This document shows, piece by piece, positions 34,068 through 35,167 of a stretch of 35,167 nt of DNA. Origin of the DNA: a virus (taxonomy: Duplodnaviria; Caudoviricetes); the IMG/VR virus record IMGVR_UViG_3300040971_000358, positions 1-35,167 of that record; one strand, written 5' to 3'. The position numbers and the translations under genes are program-made. Under the pieces are notes generated by a model. That model made no database searches. It worked only from the letters and a program-made list of their open reading frames with translations, and was not told where the DNA came from. How positions within the stretch are numbered: position 1 is the first letter of the stretch; every line of letters starts with the position of its first letter.

Positions 34068-35167
34068 TGATCAACCGAGAAAACTGGCAGGATGTCAATC
34101 TTTATTTGAAGTACCTCGAAAAAGTAAAGCAGCTCGACGATCAAACCATCCATCGCCGGCGAAGCATGCTGCATCACCTTCTTCAGTGGGCTGGTGATAA
34201 ACCGTTAGGTTTGGCCAGAAACATAGACCCCACTTTTCCTGTGTTCCTATTAACCTCCCGTTTTGATGGAAAAGATAAAAGCTTGAGTGCTCCAACAATG
34301 GCAGCAACATGCGGCACAGTGAGAAGATTTTATGAATGGGCTCGCATGGAAATGCCTCGCAAATATTCCAAGGTTACTCCTTCCTGGTTGGATCAAATGA
34401 GACCTCCAAGATCGAGGGGTATGCAAAGCGAAATTCATGTTCATGAATATTACACGCTTGAAGAAATGAGAAAAGTCATAGCTCTGAAACCGGCCACAAT
34501 TCGAGAAGAAAGAGAACAGGCCGCCATGGCATTCGTGTATCTTAGCGGCATGAGAGCCGACGCATTCGCTACAGTTCCAATTTCTTGTGTGAATATTGAA
34601 GACATGACGGTCAATCAATATCCTAGCGAAGGGGTCAGAACAAAAAACCATAAAGCAAAACAAACCTTCCTTCTTCCAATTCCGGAATTGATCAATGTTG
34701 TTCAAGCCTGGGATGATAAGGTCAGATCGTTGCTTCCTAATAATGCGATGTGGTATGCCGGCATAAGGTCCAACGGTGAAGATTTGATACCAATGTACGA
34801 TGCCAATCCGCGGCGAGGTCAGGATATTGCCGAGGGATGTGAATTGATCTGCGAGAAAGTTGGGATCAAGTATCGAAGTCCGCATAAGTTGAGAAATGGC
34901 CACGTTGTTTATGGAACCAAGTTAGCCAAGACCATAGAGGATTTTAAAGCCATCAGTCAGAATGTAATGCATGAATCAATGGATATCACCCAGGAGATAT
35001 ACGCTGAGCTGAGCGGTGGTGATGTAAAGAAAGTAATTGAGAAATTCAAACCAAATGACGGTGGAACAGCGCTCAAAATGCCCGAGAACGCTCTGGCGAA
35101 GCTTATGATGCAGACGCTAAAAGAGCACCCTGAATTACTGGATGCTCTTTCGAAAAACGAATCTTAA
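34067..35167 (+). CDS. int: Tyrosine integrase
   Basis: YLSGMRADA (Arg), RTKN (Lys), PHKLR (HxxR), MHESMDITQEIYA (His, Tyr). Confidence 0.92.
   Translation: MINRENWQDVNLYLKYLEKVKQLDDQTIHRRRSMLHHLLQWAGDKPLGLARNIDPTFPVFLLTSRFDGKDKSLSAPTMAATCGTVRRFYEWARMEMPRKYSKVTPSWLDQMRPPRSRGMQSEIHVHEYYTLEEMRKVIALKPATIREEREQAAMAFVYLSGMRADAFATVPISCVNIEDMTVNQYPSEGVRTKNHKAKQTFLLPIPELINVVQAWDDKVRSLLPNNAMWYAGIRSNGEDLIPMYDANPRRGQDIAEGCELICEKVGIKYRSPHKLRNGHVVYGTKLAKTIEDFKAISQNVMHESMDITQEIYAELSGGDVKKVIEKFKPNDGGTALKMPENALAKLMMQTLKEHPELLDALSKNES

Larger units (their letters stand above)
869..35167. mobile_element. Temperate siphovirus-type prophage (HK97-like head); right end just outside the window
   Basis: tRNA-derived att site, complete packaging/head/tail/lysis modules, genetic switch, replication genes and tyrosine integrase. 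Confidence 0.95.

Overview
The window holds an almost complete ~34.3 kb temperate siphovirus-type prophage with an HK97-like head. It is inserted in the 3' half of a tRNA-Pro gene: a displaced tRNA fragment at ~869-907 marks the left att site, and the tyrosine integrase ends the window, so the right att site and intact tRNA should lie just beyond base 35167. About 0.85 kb of host DNA lies to the left. Gene order: LuxR-type HTH, two holin-like genes, HNH, TerS/TerL, portal, protease, capsid, neck, tail (with a -1 frameshift chaperone), GH25 endolysin, a toxin-antitoxin-like pair, a leftward accessory operon (protease, envelope proteins), repressor, RHH Cro-like gene, a non-coding RNA cluster, replication/ParB/SSB genes, and integrase. 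A Chloroflexota (Anaerolineae-like) host is inferred from the AGAAC-N4-GTTCT box and the lipoprotein style, but is not proven. The most unusual feature is the non-coding early region (~24495-25190, plus 25610-25725). It contains an initiator tRNA, two non-canonical tRNA-like RNAs and six hairpins whose loops show anti-Shine-Dalgarno or C-rich sequence. All calls come from reading the sequence by eye; no database searches or folding programs were run.
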